A stretch of DNA of 64,000 nucleotides from an uncultured Bacteroidota bacterium (lineage in GTDB: Bacteria; Bacteroidota; Rhodothermia; Rhodothermales; Salinibacteraceae): contig CAJXKO010000008.1 of assembly GCA_913055845.1 (NCBI GenBank), forward strand, positions 2,881 through 66,880, in the 5' to 3' direction. The position numbers were made by a program, and so were the translations under genes. The stretch's first letter is position 1; every line of letters starts with the position of its first letter. Positions 25,631-36,142 of this stretch are shown in pieces. The notes under the pieces were generated by a model. The model did not search any database. It had not been told where the DNA came from and saw only the letters and a list, made by a program, of their open reading frames with translations.

Positions 25631-28123
25631 ATGGATATCAGTTTTCGCTGGCTAAGCAGCTACGTTGAGCATGACTGGACGCCCAAGGAGTTGGCCGAGC
25701 GCCTCACCATGGCCGGGCTGGAGGTCGAGACCGTCGAGCCCGTTGGCCAGTCGCTCGACGGCGTGGTGGTGGGCGAGGTGAAGACCGTCCGCGCGCACCC
25801 GAACGCCGATCGCCTCGTGCTCTGTGACGTGGACCTCGGCGACGGCGACCCCTCGCAGATTGCGTGCGGCGCGCCGAATGTGGCGGAGGGGCAGAAGGTC
25901 CCCGTCGCCACGGTGGGCACCACCCTGTCGCTTCCCGACCCGGACGACCCCGAGAAACGAAAAGAGCTGACGGTGGAGGCGCGCGAGCTGCGGGGCGAGG
26001 CCTCGAACGGCATGATCTGCGCGGAGGATGAACTGAGCCTCTCCGACGACCACTCCGGCATCATGGTGCTCGACGATGACGCAGCCGTCGGCACCCCCTT
26101 CCCGGACTACCTCAACGCTCACGGCATGCCGAGCACCGACGCGGTGCTCGACATCGAACTCACCCCCAACCGCCCCGACGCCGCCAGCCACATCGGCGTG
26201 GCCCGCGACGTGTCGGCCCTTGCAAAGAGTGAACTGCAGCGTCCCGAGGTGGAGACCCCGTCGGAGAGCGGCGCGGTGGCCGACCAGGTCACCGTAAACA
26301 TCGAGGACGAAACCGGCTGTCCCCGCTACGTCGCCCTTCGGGTGCGGGACGTGGACGTGATCGAGTCGCCCCTCTGGCTGCGCCGCCGCCTGACGGCCAT
26401 CGGCCTGCAGCCGCGCAACCACGTGGTGGACGTGACCAACTTCGTGCTCCACGAGTGCGGCCAGCCGCTCCACGCCTTCGACCTCGACGCGATCGCCGAC
26501 GACACGATCGTCGTCCGCTCCACGGACGCGGAGACGACCTTCACCACGCTCGACGACGAGGAACGGGAACTCCCCGAAGACACGCTTCTCATCTGCGACG
26601 CCGAGAAGCCCGTCGCCGTGGCCGGCGTGATGGGCGGGGCCAACTCCGAGGTGTCGACGGAGACGACGGACGTGCTCATCGAGAGCGCGTACTTCGACCC
26701 CTCCACGATCCGCCGCACGGCGAAGGCGCTCGACGTGCAGACCGACTCGTCGTACCGCTTCGAGCGGGGCGTGGATCGCGACGGGCAGGTGTGGGCCGCC
26801 GCCCGCGCCGCCGAACTGATCGCGGAGCTGGGCGGTGGCACGATCGTCCCCGGCATGGTCGACGCGCACCCCAGCCCCCCCGACGAAAAAACGGTCGCCC
26901 TCCGCCCCGACCGCCTCACGCAGGTGCTGGGTACCGAGGTCGCGACCGACGAGGTGACGCGTCTGCTGGGCGCCATCGGCTTCGAGATCGAGGAAGGCGA
27001 GGACGCGCTCCACTGCACCGTCCCCACCTGGCGCCCCGACGTCTCGATCGAGGAGGACCTGATCGAGGAGGTGGCGCGCCTGCACGGCTACGACCAGATT
27101 CCGGAGCCGGAGCGCGTGCCGGTGCCGAGCCGCACGCCGCACCAGCCGCCCGAAGAAACGCTGGAGCGGCAGGCGCGCGGGCTGCTGAAGGGACTCGGCT
27201 ACCGCGAGATCTACACCAACAGCATGCTGCGCCTGGACCGGGCCGAGCGCTTCAACGTGCCGCCTGCGGGGAGCGACCGGGCGCCGGTGGTGGAGACGAA
27301 GAACCCGATCTCCGAGGAGATGGCCGCCCTCCGCCCGCGCCTCCTCCCGGGCACGCTCGAAGTGATGCACCACAACCGCAACCACGGCCAGGAGGCGCTC
27401 CGCGTTTTCGAGTTCGGCCGCGTCTTCCGCCGCGCCACCGAGGACGACGCCCCGATCGTCCCCGGCTACGCCGAGCATCCGGCCCTGCTGATCGCCCTCA
27501 GCGGCCCGCACGCGCCGACCGGCTGGGACACCGAGCCGCGGGACGCGGACCTCTTCGACCTGAAAGGCACCGTCGAGACGCTGCTGGACGACCTGCGCGT
27601 GCCGGACCTCGCCCTCACGCCCCGCGACGGGGACGCCGGGACGAACGGCACGGCCCCCGTCACCCAGCACCACATCGACGTCACCGCGGGCGACACGCCC
27701 CTCGGCACCGTGGCCCGCATCCGCAACGACGTGGCCGCCGACTTTGACCTCGACACGCCTGTCTTCGTGGCCGAGTTCAACTGGGCCGCGCTCGTCGACG
27801 CCGCCAAGGCGGAGCAGCACCGCGACTACGAACCGGTGAGCCGCTTCCCGGTGGTGGACCGCGACCTCGCCGTGCTCGTCCACGCCGATCAGCCGGTGGG
27901 GCCGCTCCAGGACACGATCCGCGATGCCGGCGCCCCCTTGCTCCGCCGGGTGGACGTGTTCGACGTGTACGAGGGCGAGGGCATCGACGAGGACGCCAAG
28001 AGCGTGGCCTTCACGCTCCGCTTCGGCGCCGACCGCACGCTGACCGATGAGGAGGTGGATGGTCGGATTGAGGCCATCGTCGACCGCCTCGATGCGGACC
28101 ACGGGGCGCGCCTGCGCCGGTAG
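25631..28123 (+). CDS. pheT: Phenylalanine--tRNA ligase beta subunit
   Basis: 830 aa. N-terminal tRNA-binding fold (VVGEVKTVRAHPNADRLVLCDVDLGDG), B3/4 and B5 regions, C-terminal anticodon-binding-like domain (RFPVVDRDLAVLV...DVFDVYEGEGI...KSVAFTLRF). Confidence 0.95.
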   Translation: MDISFRWLSSYVEHDWTPKELAERLTMAGLEVETVEPVGQSLDGVVVGEVKTVRAHPNADRLVLCDVDLGDGDPSQIACGAPNVAEGQKVPVATVGTTLSLPDPDDPEKRKELTVEARELRGEASNGMICAEDELSLSDDHSGIMVLDDDAAVGTPFPDYLNAHGMPSTDAVLDIELTPNRPDAASHIGVARDVSALAKSELQRPEVETPSESGAVADQVTVNIEDETGCPRYVALRVRDVDVIESPLWLRRRLTAIGLQPRNHVVDVTNFVLHECGQPLHAFDLDAIADDTIVVRSTDAETTFTTLDDEERELPEDTLLICDAEKPVAVAGVMGGANSEVSTETTDVLIESAYFDPSTIRRTAKALDVQTDSSYRFERGVDRDGQVWAAARAAELIAELGGGTIVPGMVDAHPSPPDEKTVALRPDRLTQVLGTEVATDEVTRLLGAIGFEIEEGEDALHCTVPTWRPDVSIEEDLIEEVARLHGYDQIPEPERVPVPSRTPHQPPEETLERQARGLLKGLGYREIYTNSMLRLDRAERFNVPPAGSDRAPVVETKNPISEEMAALRPRLLPGTLEVMHHNRNHGQEALRVFEFGRVFRRATEDDAPIVPGYAEHPALLIALSGPHAPTGWDTEPRDADLFDLKGTVETLLDDLRVPDLALTPRDGDAGTNGTAPVTQHHIDVTAGDTPLGTVARIRNDVAADFDLDTPVFVAEFNWAALVDAAKAEQHRDYEPVSRFPVVDRDLAVLVHADQPVGPLQDTIRDAGAPLLRRVDVFDVYEGEGIDEDAKSVAFTLRFGADRTLTDEEVDGRIEAIVDRLDADHGARLRR

Positions 28124-28716
28124 CCCCAGTGTACTAGTACGAGCGTGTATCACCCTCGCCGCAGGAACCAACCTGGGGCTGTTGCATGAGGCGGGGGCCT
28201 CTCATTGCCAACCTACCGATCCTACGGTATGAATCGTCGCCTGCTGTACCCCTACGTCGTGATTGCAGTTCTCGTGGTCGTCCTGCTGATTTTCGGGTAG
28301 CCGACCACCGGGATGAGTGCGGCCCGTGCTCCCCTTCAGGGAAGAGGGGAACGATGCCCTCCTTACAGGGCGACACTGTTTCGGCCGTGCGGGTCCCGTT
28401 CATGTGTTGGGGGCACAGGTGCAAACCGTTCTTGAGGCCACGGTCGTACAGGACTTCCAGCAGGGAACGGTCCGGGTCGTCTCCATCGTCCAATTCATTC
28501 TGATCACCCCGGACTGCCGACAGACGCACCAGCGGTCGGGGGTAGCGAAAACGCCGGTACGCTTTCCGGCCTGCCTTGAGTTGCCGAGGGCTGTTCCCTA
28601 TCGTGCCCCCATGAGGTGCCAACGTAATACTCGAACGGATCCGGAGAACGAGCGTTTGGTTCAAGTCCTTTCCGAAGCCGCCTTTCTTGTGTCCACACCC
28701 CGCGTGGCGAGCCGCT

Positions 28717-29106
28717 ATGGATGATCCGACCCACCCGTCGGTGCCCAACTCCGACCCTGCCCCGTCCGTGCCAAACTCGCTGCAGTCCGACGTGCCGGAC
28801 GAGGCAGAAGACCTGACGCATCTTCCCCCGGAGTACCGGGCCGTGGTGCGTCGCCTGCGTGCACAGGTCGAGCGTGCCACGACCGCCCTGCACCGCCTCC
28901 AGCGCAAGAATAAGCGCCTGCGTGACCGCCTCGAAGAACTGGAGGAGCGGCCGGCGCTTCAGCCGGACACGACCACCCTGGTGCTCGACGACGATCCGGC
29001 GGATCTTCGGGAAGACATTTCCTCCTTTATCGACGCCATCGATACCTTTCTCGACGGCGAGCCGACGTCGGAGCCCGCCTCTCCTTCCTCCAACGCATCT
29101 TCGTGA
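28717..29106 (+). CDS. Hypothetical coiled-coil protein upstream of zapA (ZapB-like by position only)
   Basis: ORF 28687..29106; the likely start is ATG 28717 (MDDPTHPS...). The central heptad-like segment RRLRAQVERATTALHRLQRKNKRLRDRLEELEE is flanked by acidic low-complexity tails. Confidence 0.45.
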   Translation: MDDPTHPSVPNSDPAPSVPNSLQSDVPDEAEDLTHLPPEYRAVVRRLRAQVERATTALHRLQRKNKRLRDRLEELEERPALQPDTTTLVLDDDPADLREDISSFIDAIDTFLDGEPTSEPASPSSNASS

Positions 29107-29152
29107 TCCTCGCGCTCGCCGTTTCCGCCGCCGACTTTCTATTTCTGGTTTC

Positions 29153-29485
29153 ATGGCCAACTCGGAGCAGTCCAAGTCGATTCGTGTGCAGATCCTGGGC
29201 CGGGAGTACGCCCTGCGGGTGCAAGAGGGCGACGAGGCCCACACCCGCCGCATCGCCTCGTCCCTCGACGCCCGGATGCGGAAGTTCAACGAGGCGCATC
29301 CAGAGCAGGCGGAGCTAACGACTGCGGTCATGACGGCCCTCACGCTCGCCGAGGAGCTGTTCCTTCAACGCGATCAATACGACGATGGGACGGCTGCCCT
29401 CACGCGCGAGTTGGATGAACTCGCGCAGCGGCTGGAGGCCGCGGTGCCGGCCGAGGCCGGCACCGCGGACGATCCGGACGTGTAG
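29153..29485 (+). CDS. zapA: Cell division protein ZapA
   Basis: Internal ATG 29153 of ORF 28859..29485. MANSEQSKSIRVQILGREYALRVQEGDEAHTRRIASSLDARMRKF...AVMTALTLAEEL matches the ZapA pattern (I.G..Y.l.......l...A..ld). Confidence 0.75.
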   Translation: MANSEQSKSIRVQILGREYALRVQEGDEAHTRRIASSLDARMRKFNEAHPEQAELTTAVMTALTLAEELFLQRDQYDDGTAALTRELDELAQRLEAAVPAEAGTADDPDV

Positions 29486-29625
29486 TCCGCCGCCCCTCCC
29501 ATGATCGTGGGGCATGGATCGTCGCTGCGGCACGTTCCGACAGGCACAGAGAAACGTCGTCGGGCGGAGACGAATACCAGTGCCTGCCGTTCAGAAAGGC
29601 TCGCTGCTGCACCGATCGACGCTGC

Positions 29626-31626
<2,001 letters not shown>

Positions 31627-31782
31627 CCGCCCCGCCCCCCTGCTGAGCGTGGCGGCCCGTCCCGGATAGCAGCGTGGAACCCTTCCGTGTGAAACGCGCG
31701 CGCCTCGAACGCCGCCCAAGAGGGACCGTGCGCGGGCCCCATCCGTTCGCGTCTCCACTGTCTCGTCCGAACCGGTGTCTGC

Positions 31783-32982
31783 ATGTTTCGCCTCCGCCTC
31801 GCCGGGTTCTTTCTGGTTGCGATCCTTGCGGGCGCCGCGCCCCCTGAGGCCCTTGCCCAGATCGAGGCATTGCCCCGCCCCGACACGCTTCAGGCCGCCT
31901 CGTTTGGGGTTTCCGTGGCCATCGACGACTCGATCGCCGTTGTGGGGGCCAGTGGGGCCACGGTATGTGGCCAGGACGCCGGGGCCGTGTTTGTCTATGA
32001 GCGCCGGCCCGGCCCCCTGGTCACCTCCTGGGTCCTCACCGCCCGCCTCGTGCCGCAGCCCTGCCGCGCCAATGCATTCTTCGGGGCCGACGTGGCCCTT
32101 AGTGGCTCGCGCATTCTGGTGAGCGCGTCGAGCGAGCACTTTGCCGGCGAGGGCGAAAATGCGGCCTATGTTTTCGAACGCTCGGCGGACAGCACCTGGA
32201 GCCAAACCGCCCGCCTTACCGGTCGCTCGGATCGGACAGAGGGACTCTTCGCGGCAGGCGTGGCGCTCGATGGCGACCGGGCGGCCGTGAGCACCTCAGG
32301 GAATCCGGAGGGCGCGTACAGCGGCGCGGTGTACATCTTCGAGTACAACGGGTCGGCCGGAACGTGGGCACGGACGGCCCGACTCACGGCCACGCGCAGT
32401 CTTGAGTCCGGCATTCTCGGGGAGGAGGTGGCCCTCGACGGACCGTACGTCGCCGTGGCGGCGTCTACGTTCTTCGAGCGTGAGCCCGGCTCTGTTTACG
32501 TTTTTCGGCAGGATCCCGCCACGGGTCGCTGGCGGGAGGACGCCCACTTGAACCACATCGACGCCTTCTTCATCGATCTCGACCTGGACGGGCGCACCTT
32601 AATCGTGGGGGAGGACCGGGCCGGGGACGACGAGTCGGGCGCCGCGACCGTATACAACCGCGGCGACTCGACGTGGACCCGGTCGACCACGCTTCGCCCC
32701 TCCATCCCGTACGAGTCTGGCGCTTTTGGCTCGGCGGTCACCCTAGACGGAGCACGGGCACTGGTGACGGGCTACGACGAGCAGTTGGGCAACGAAATCA
32801 ACATCGACCGGGTGGTTTATGTCTTTCACCGTCGGGCCCCGGCCACCTGGCGGGAGCGAACGATTCTCGACCTTGGCACAGTGCACTTCGGCGCCGCGCT
32901 CGCCCTTGAGGGCCAAATTGCCCTCGTTAGCTCCGTTCCTGAAACCGAGTCGGGGACCGTGCACGTCACTCGCGTGCCGTAG
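31783..32982 (+). CDS. Secreted FG-GAP-like beta-propeller repeat protein
   Basis: 399 aa with a signal peptide (MFRLRLAGFFLVAILAGAAPPEALAQ). About seven ~50-aa repeats of the type G.SVA.DG...VVGA....GAVYVFER...W. Confidence 0.6.
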   Translation: MFRLRLAGFFLVAILAGAAPPEALAQIEALPRPDTLQAASFGVSVAIDDSIAVVGASGATVCGQDAGAVFVYERRPGPLVTSWVLTARLVPQPCRANAFFGADVALSGSRILVSASSEHFAGEGENAAYVFERSADSTWSQTARLTGRSDRTEGLFAAGVALDGDRAAVSTSGNPEGAYSGAVYIFEYNGSAGTWARTARLTATRSLESGILGEEVALDGPYVAVAASTFFEREPGSVYVFRQDPATGRWREDAHLNHIDAFFIDLDLDGRTLIVGEDRAGDDESGAATVYNRGDSTWTRSTTLRPSIPYESGAFGSAVTLDGARALVTGYDEQLGNEINIDRVVYVFHRRAPATWRERTILDLGTVHFGAALALEGQIALVSSVPETESGTVHVTRVP

Positions 32983-34711
32983 GGGTAGAGGCCTGTTCGC
33001 CGTCGATGGTCCACACGCGATCGATGGCGTGGGCACGGACGCGGTACACCACCCCTTGTTCGTCGGTCGCGCCGCCGGGGAGTCCGGTAATCACCTCGTG
33101 GAGCAGCACGGTGTTGCCCAGCGGGACGGTGTGGCGCACGTCCACGTGGAGCTGGCGGGCACGCCGGAAGAGCGGGGCCATCTGGTCACGAAGCGCGGAG
33201 CGGCCCTCGGTGGTCAGTGAGTCGGGGTGCGCGTACACCTTCACGTCAGGAGCGAAGACGTCCAGAAAGCCTCCCAAGTCCCGGGCGTTGAAGGCATTGG
33301 CGCCCTGCTGCACGAGGGCCGTCGGCGTACGGGGGACGAGAGCAGCCGGCGTGTGCATACGTCCCGCTTTCACCACCTGGTGGATCGAAGAGGCATTCCC
33401 GATGTCGTTCAGCGGGTTCGCGTCGAGCACGACGAGGTCGGCCTGCATGCCGGGTCCCAGCGCTCCCAGATCGTCACGGCCCAGGAGCCGGGCGCCGCCC
33501 GCAGTGGCGGTCGTCAGGATTTCCTGCGGCGTAAGCCCAGCGGTCCGCATCAGTTCAAACTCGCGGAAGAGGGCCGGGCCGTGTGGCGTGCCAATATTGC
33601 CCGCGTCGGTGCCCGCGGCGATGGCGACCCCGGCGTCGTGGAGGCGCTTCAGGTTGCGCATCGCCGTGGTGTCGGAGGCGACGGTCGGGGCCTGCTCGAT
33701 GCGCTGGCGGAGGCCGGCGGGCACGAGCGAGTCCGGGAGGGTGCGCAGGTCAAATAGCGAGGCAATTACGTCCTTTTGTCCCACGCGGTGCTCTATGGTC
33801 GTCAGGTCGAGCTGCTGGGCGAACGTCTCGCGGTAGCGCTCGCTCACCATGAGGGTGGGAGTGTAGAGCACGTCGTTCTCCCGTAGAAGGCGGACGAAAG
33901 CATCGTCCACCGGGGCGTTGAATACGCTGTGGACCAGAATGTCGGCTCCCGCCTCCACGGCGGCCCGGGCAGTTTCGAGCTCCGTCGCGTGGACGGCCAC
34001 CCGCAGGCCTGCGTTATGGGCCTCGTCGATGGTTGCCTCCACGACTGGACGGTAGTTGGCGGGCGTCTCGTCGCCGCCCACGATGTACCAGATCTTGATG
34101 AGGTCGACCCCGGCCATGACTTGCTCGCGCACCTCCTGTCGGGCGGCCTCCGGCTCGGTGATTTGCAGGATGGGGGGATCGCCGAGATCCAGGGACGGAC
34201 GCGAGACGCTGGAGATGAGCGGGCCCGCGACCTGGACAGTCGGGGCCATTGCCGTCGTGTCGGCCCGGGCCCGCACGTCGAGATTCCACATGGGCCCGCC
34301 CACGTCCACCACGCTCGTGACGCCGCTTCGTAGGTAGCGGTGGAAGGTGTCGGGGAGTCGTTTTTTGATGCGTTCCAGTTCCTCGGCGTACGGCCGCACC
34401 GCCCGCAGGTCGATGGCATCGGGCCGCGTGTAGAGCCCGCCGCTCTGGAAGAAGTGGACGTGCCCGTCGATGAGGCCGGGGATCACGTATTTCTCCGGCA
34501 TTTCGTGGACCGTGGCCCCCGGCGGGATCTCGACCGCACTTGACGGCCCCACCGCCGCGATGCGGTCGCCCTCCCACACGACCGTCGCGTCCTCGATCAC
34601 TGTCGAGTCAGCCGGATTGATTGCCGTGGGGCCCACCAGGGCGGTGGGTTGGGCCGTGGCGGGCAGGAACGAGAGGAGGCCAGCAAGAAGAAGGGGCCCG
34701 AATCGACGCAT
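32966..34711 (-). CDS. Amidohydrolase-superfamily metallohydrolase with C-terminal SnoaL/NTF2-like domain
   Basis: 581 aa with a signal peptide. Motifs GLIDGHVHFF, VAVHATE and AAGTDAG of metal-dependent amidohydrolases. An extra ~110-aa C-terminal domain (ANAFNARDLGGFLDVFAPDVKVY...VYRVRAHAIDRVW) follows. Confidence 0.8.
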   Translation of the reverse strand: MRRFGPLLLAGLLSFLPATAQPTALVGPTAINPADSTVIEDATVVWEGDRIAAVGPSSAVEIPPGATVHEMPEKYVIPGLIDGHVHFFQSGGLYTRPDAIDLRAVRPYAEELERIKKRLPDTFHRYLRSGVTSVVDVGGPMWNLDVRARADTTAMAPTVQVAGPLISSVSRPSLDLGDPPILQITEPEAARQEVREQVMAGVDLIKIWYIVGGDETPANYRPVVEATIDEAHNAGLRVAVHATELETARAAVEAGADILVHSVFNAPVDDAFVRLLRENDVLYTPTLMVSERYRETFAQQLDLTTIEHRVGQKDVIASLFDLRTLPDSLVPAGLRQRIEQAPTVASDTTAMRNLKRLHDAGVAIAAGTDAGNIGTPHGPALFREFELMRTAGLTPQEILTTATAGGARLLGRDDLGALGPGMQADLVVLDANPLNDIGNASSIHQVVKAGRMHTPAALVPRTPTALVQQGANAFNARDLGGFLDVFAPDVKVYAHPDSLTTEGRSALRDQMAPLFRRARQLHVDVRHTVPLGNTVLLHEVITGLPGGATDEQGVVYRVRAHAIDRVWTIDGEQASTPTARE

Positions 34712-34804
34712 GGTACCGAGAGCAGTGGCAGGAAACGCGGGCCGGATAACGTATGCACTGATGGGGAGAGGTGCAGCCTGCCCCCGACCCTTCCATCCAC
34801 CTCA

Positions 34805-34816
34805 ATGTTATAACAT
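34805..34816. promoter_or_regulatory. Perfect 12-bp palindrome ATGTTATAACAT, candidate operator / -10 region of the antitoxin-doc operon
   Basis: Read directly. Ends 36 nt upstream of the antitoxin ATG (34853), in the only AT-rich patch of that intergenic region. The regulatory role is inferred only. Confidence 0.3.
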
Positions 34817-34852
34817 CCGTAATCACAAGCACGCGAACCGCCGGATTCCGTC

Positions 34853-35083
34853 ATGCCAGAAGAGACCACGATTCGTCGCATCGGAAACTCGTCGGGACTT
34901 ACCATTCCGAAGGACCTTCTCGACCGCCAGCACCTGGAGGAGGGCGCCCGCGTTCACCTCGTCGAAACGGAGGATGGGCTCCTCATCACGCCCTACGATC
35001 CCGATGTTGAGGATGCGATGGAGGCCTACGAGGAGGGGGCGAAGGACTACCGGAATGCCCTCCGCGCGCTGTCTGACCGGTAG
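34853..35083 (+). CDS. AbrB/MazE/SpoVT-type antitoxin
   Basis: 76 aa. IRRIGNSSGLTIPKDLLDRQHLEEGARVHLVETEDGLLITP is the swapped-hairpin AbrB-type DNA-binding fold pattern. The gene lies 14 nt upstream of a doc-family gene. Confidence 0.8.
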   Translation: MPEETTIRRIGNSSGLTIPKDLLDRQHLEEGARVHLVETEDGLLITPYDPDVEDAMEAYEEGAKDYRNALRALSDR

Positions 35084-35097
35084 CCTTCACGCCTGAG

Positions 35098-35494
35098 ATG
35101 GATGATCCCCGCTGGCTCCCCCGGAAAATCGTCGACGCGATTCACGACGACCAGCTGAAGCAGCACGGAGGGGTGCCGGGGGGCGGGACGGGGGCGCAAT
35201 CGGGTCGGCCCTTGCCCGCCCGAAGCACCTCCAGACGTACGGCGACGATCCGAGCGTACACCACCTCGCCGCCGCGTATGGCTTGGGACTGGCTCGCAAC
35301 CACGGCTACCGCGACGGCAACAAGCGCACGGTCTTCATGGCGATGTTTGTTTTTCTGCGCCTCAACGGACAGCAGATCGATGCCGGGGAGGCCGTCGTCG
35401 TTGACCTGATGAAAGCAATTGCCGGGGGGACGGCGACGGAGGGAAACTCACCGCGTGGCTCGACACATACGCGGCCCCCGCCGCGGTGCCTTGA
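35098..35494 (+). pseudogene. doc: Doc (death-on-curing, Fic-fold) toxin gene interrupted by two -1 frameshifts in G6 tracts
   Basis: Three frames together spell a complete Doc. MDDPRWLPRKIVDAIHDDQLKQHGGVPG is in the frame of 35098. RDGGAIGSALARPKHLQTYGDDPSVHHLAAAYGLGLARNHGYRDGNKRTVFMAMFVFLRLNGQQIDAGEAVVVDLMKAIAGG is in the frame of 35283. DGDGGKLTAWLDTYAAPAAVP-stop is in the third frame, ending at TGA 35492-35494. The switches fall in the G6 runs 35178-35183 and 35424-35429. One extra G in each run restores a single frame. Confidence 0.8.
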
Positions 35495-35497
35495 GTC

Positions 35498-36100
35498 TCA
35501 CCTTCCTGTGGTCTTTCCCTCACTCGGTCCCGGTTCATTCGCCAGCCGTCGCAGCGCGTCGTCCAGTGCCCACTTCAGTAGCACGCCGCTGTGCTGGTAG
35601 CGGATGCGTCCCTGCTTATCGATGAGGTAGGTGCGCGGCACCACCTCGCCGGGGAAGTGGCGGGCCGCCAGGGCGGGGTCGATGATCTGCGGAAAGTTGA
35701 TGTTCTTTTCCTCCGCGAAGGGCCGCACCGCCGAGGCCCCGCCCCGATCGACAGAAAGGCCTACGAACTGCACGCCCTCGTCTTCCAGCTCGCGCTGCAG
35801 GTCCACGAAGCCGGGCATCTCCACGCGGCACGGCGGGCACCACGTGGCCCATACGTTCACCACCACGACCTCCCCGCGATAGTCCCGCAGGCGAAAACGC
35901 TCGCCCTCCATCGTCTGGGCGACAAAATTGGGGGCTTGCCCGTCGACGGTCGACAGGTCAATGCTTGGCATATACTGCTGGTAGGCGTAGATGCCCACCA
36001 CCAGGAGGACGGGCCAGTGCCAGTACCGCTTCACGTAGGTCCAGGCGGTGTGCCATGAGGAACGAGAGTGATCAGACTCGGGCATGGTGGGGCGGGGCAA
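35498..36100 (-). CDS. TlpA-family thiol:disulfide oxidoreductase (membrane-anchored thioredoxin-like)
   Basis: 200 aa. N-terminal TM segment (WHWPVLLVVGIYAYQ) and VVVNVWATWCPPCRVEMP active site. Confidence 0.85.
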   Translation of the reverse strand: MPRPTMPESDHSRSSWHTAWTYVKRYWHWPVLLVVGIYAYQQYMPSIDLSTVDGQAPNFVAQTMEGERFRLRDYRGEVVVVNVWATWCPPCRVEMPGFVDLQRELEDEGVQFVGLSVDRGGASAVRPFAEEKNINFPQIIDPALAARHFPGEVVPRTYLIDKQGRIRYQHSGVLLKWALDDALRRLANEPGPSEGKTTGR

Positions 36101-36142
36101 TCCGACGACACAGAGAGGGGGCGGTGCGGAGGGGGATCGCTG

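Noticed and set aside
25652-28171. Very long antisense ORFs opposite well-supported genes. Examples: 839 aa opposite pheT, 462 aa (23758-25146) opposite pheS, 485 aa (29374-30831) opposite the ABC-F gene, 464 aa (37130-38524) opposite the THUMP methyltransferase, 437 aa (42450-43763) opposite the thioesterase and fabF, 507 aa (50545-52068) and 512 aa (53044-54582).
   Set aside because: These are expected artefacts of high GC content, because stop codons are rare in the antisense frame. Their translations are Arg/Gly/Ala/Pro-rich with no recognisable motifs. The opposite strand carries unambiguous family signatures.
28658-28668. GGTTCAAGTCC, a tRNA T-loop-like string.
   Set aside because: The flanking bases (TTTGG / CCTTT) cannot form a T stem. 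No acceptor, D or anticodon arms can be drawn. Not a tRNA.
32966-32982. 17-nt overlap of the convergent 3' ends of the FG-GAP gene and the amidohydrolase gene.
   Set aside because: Short convergent overlaps are common in compact genomes. Both stops are supported by the family-like C-termini. Not treated as an anomaly.
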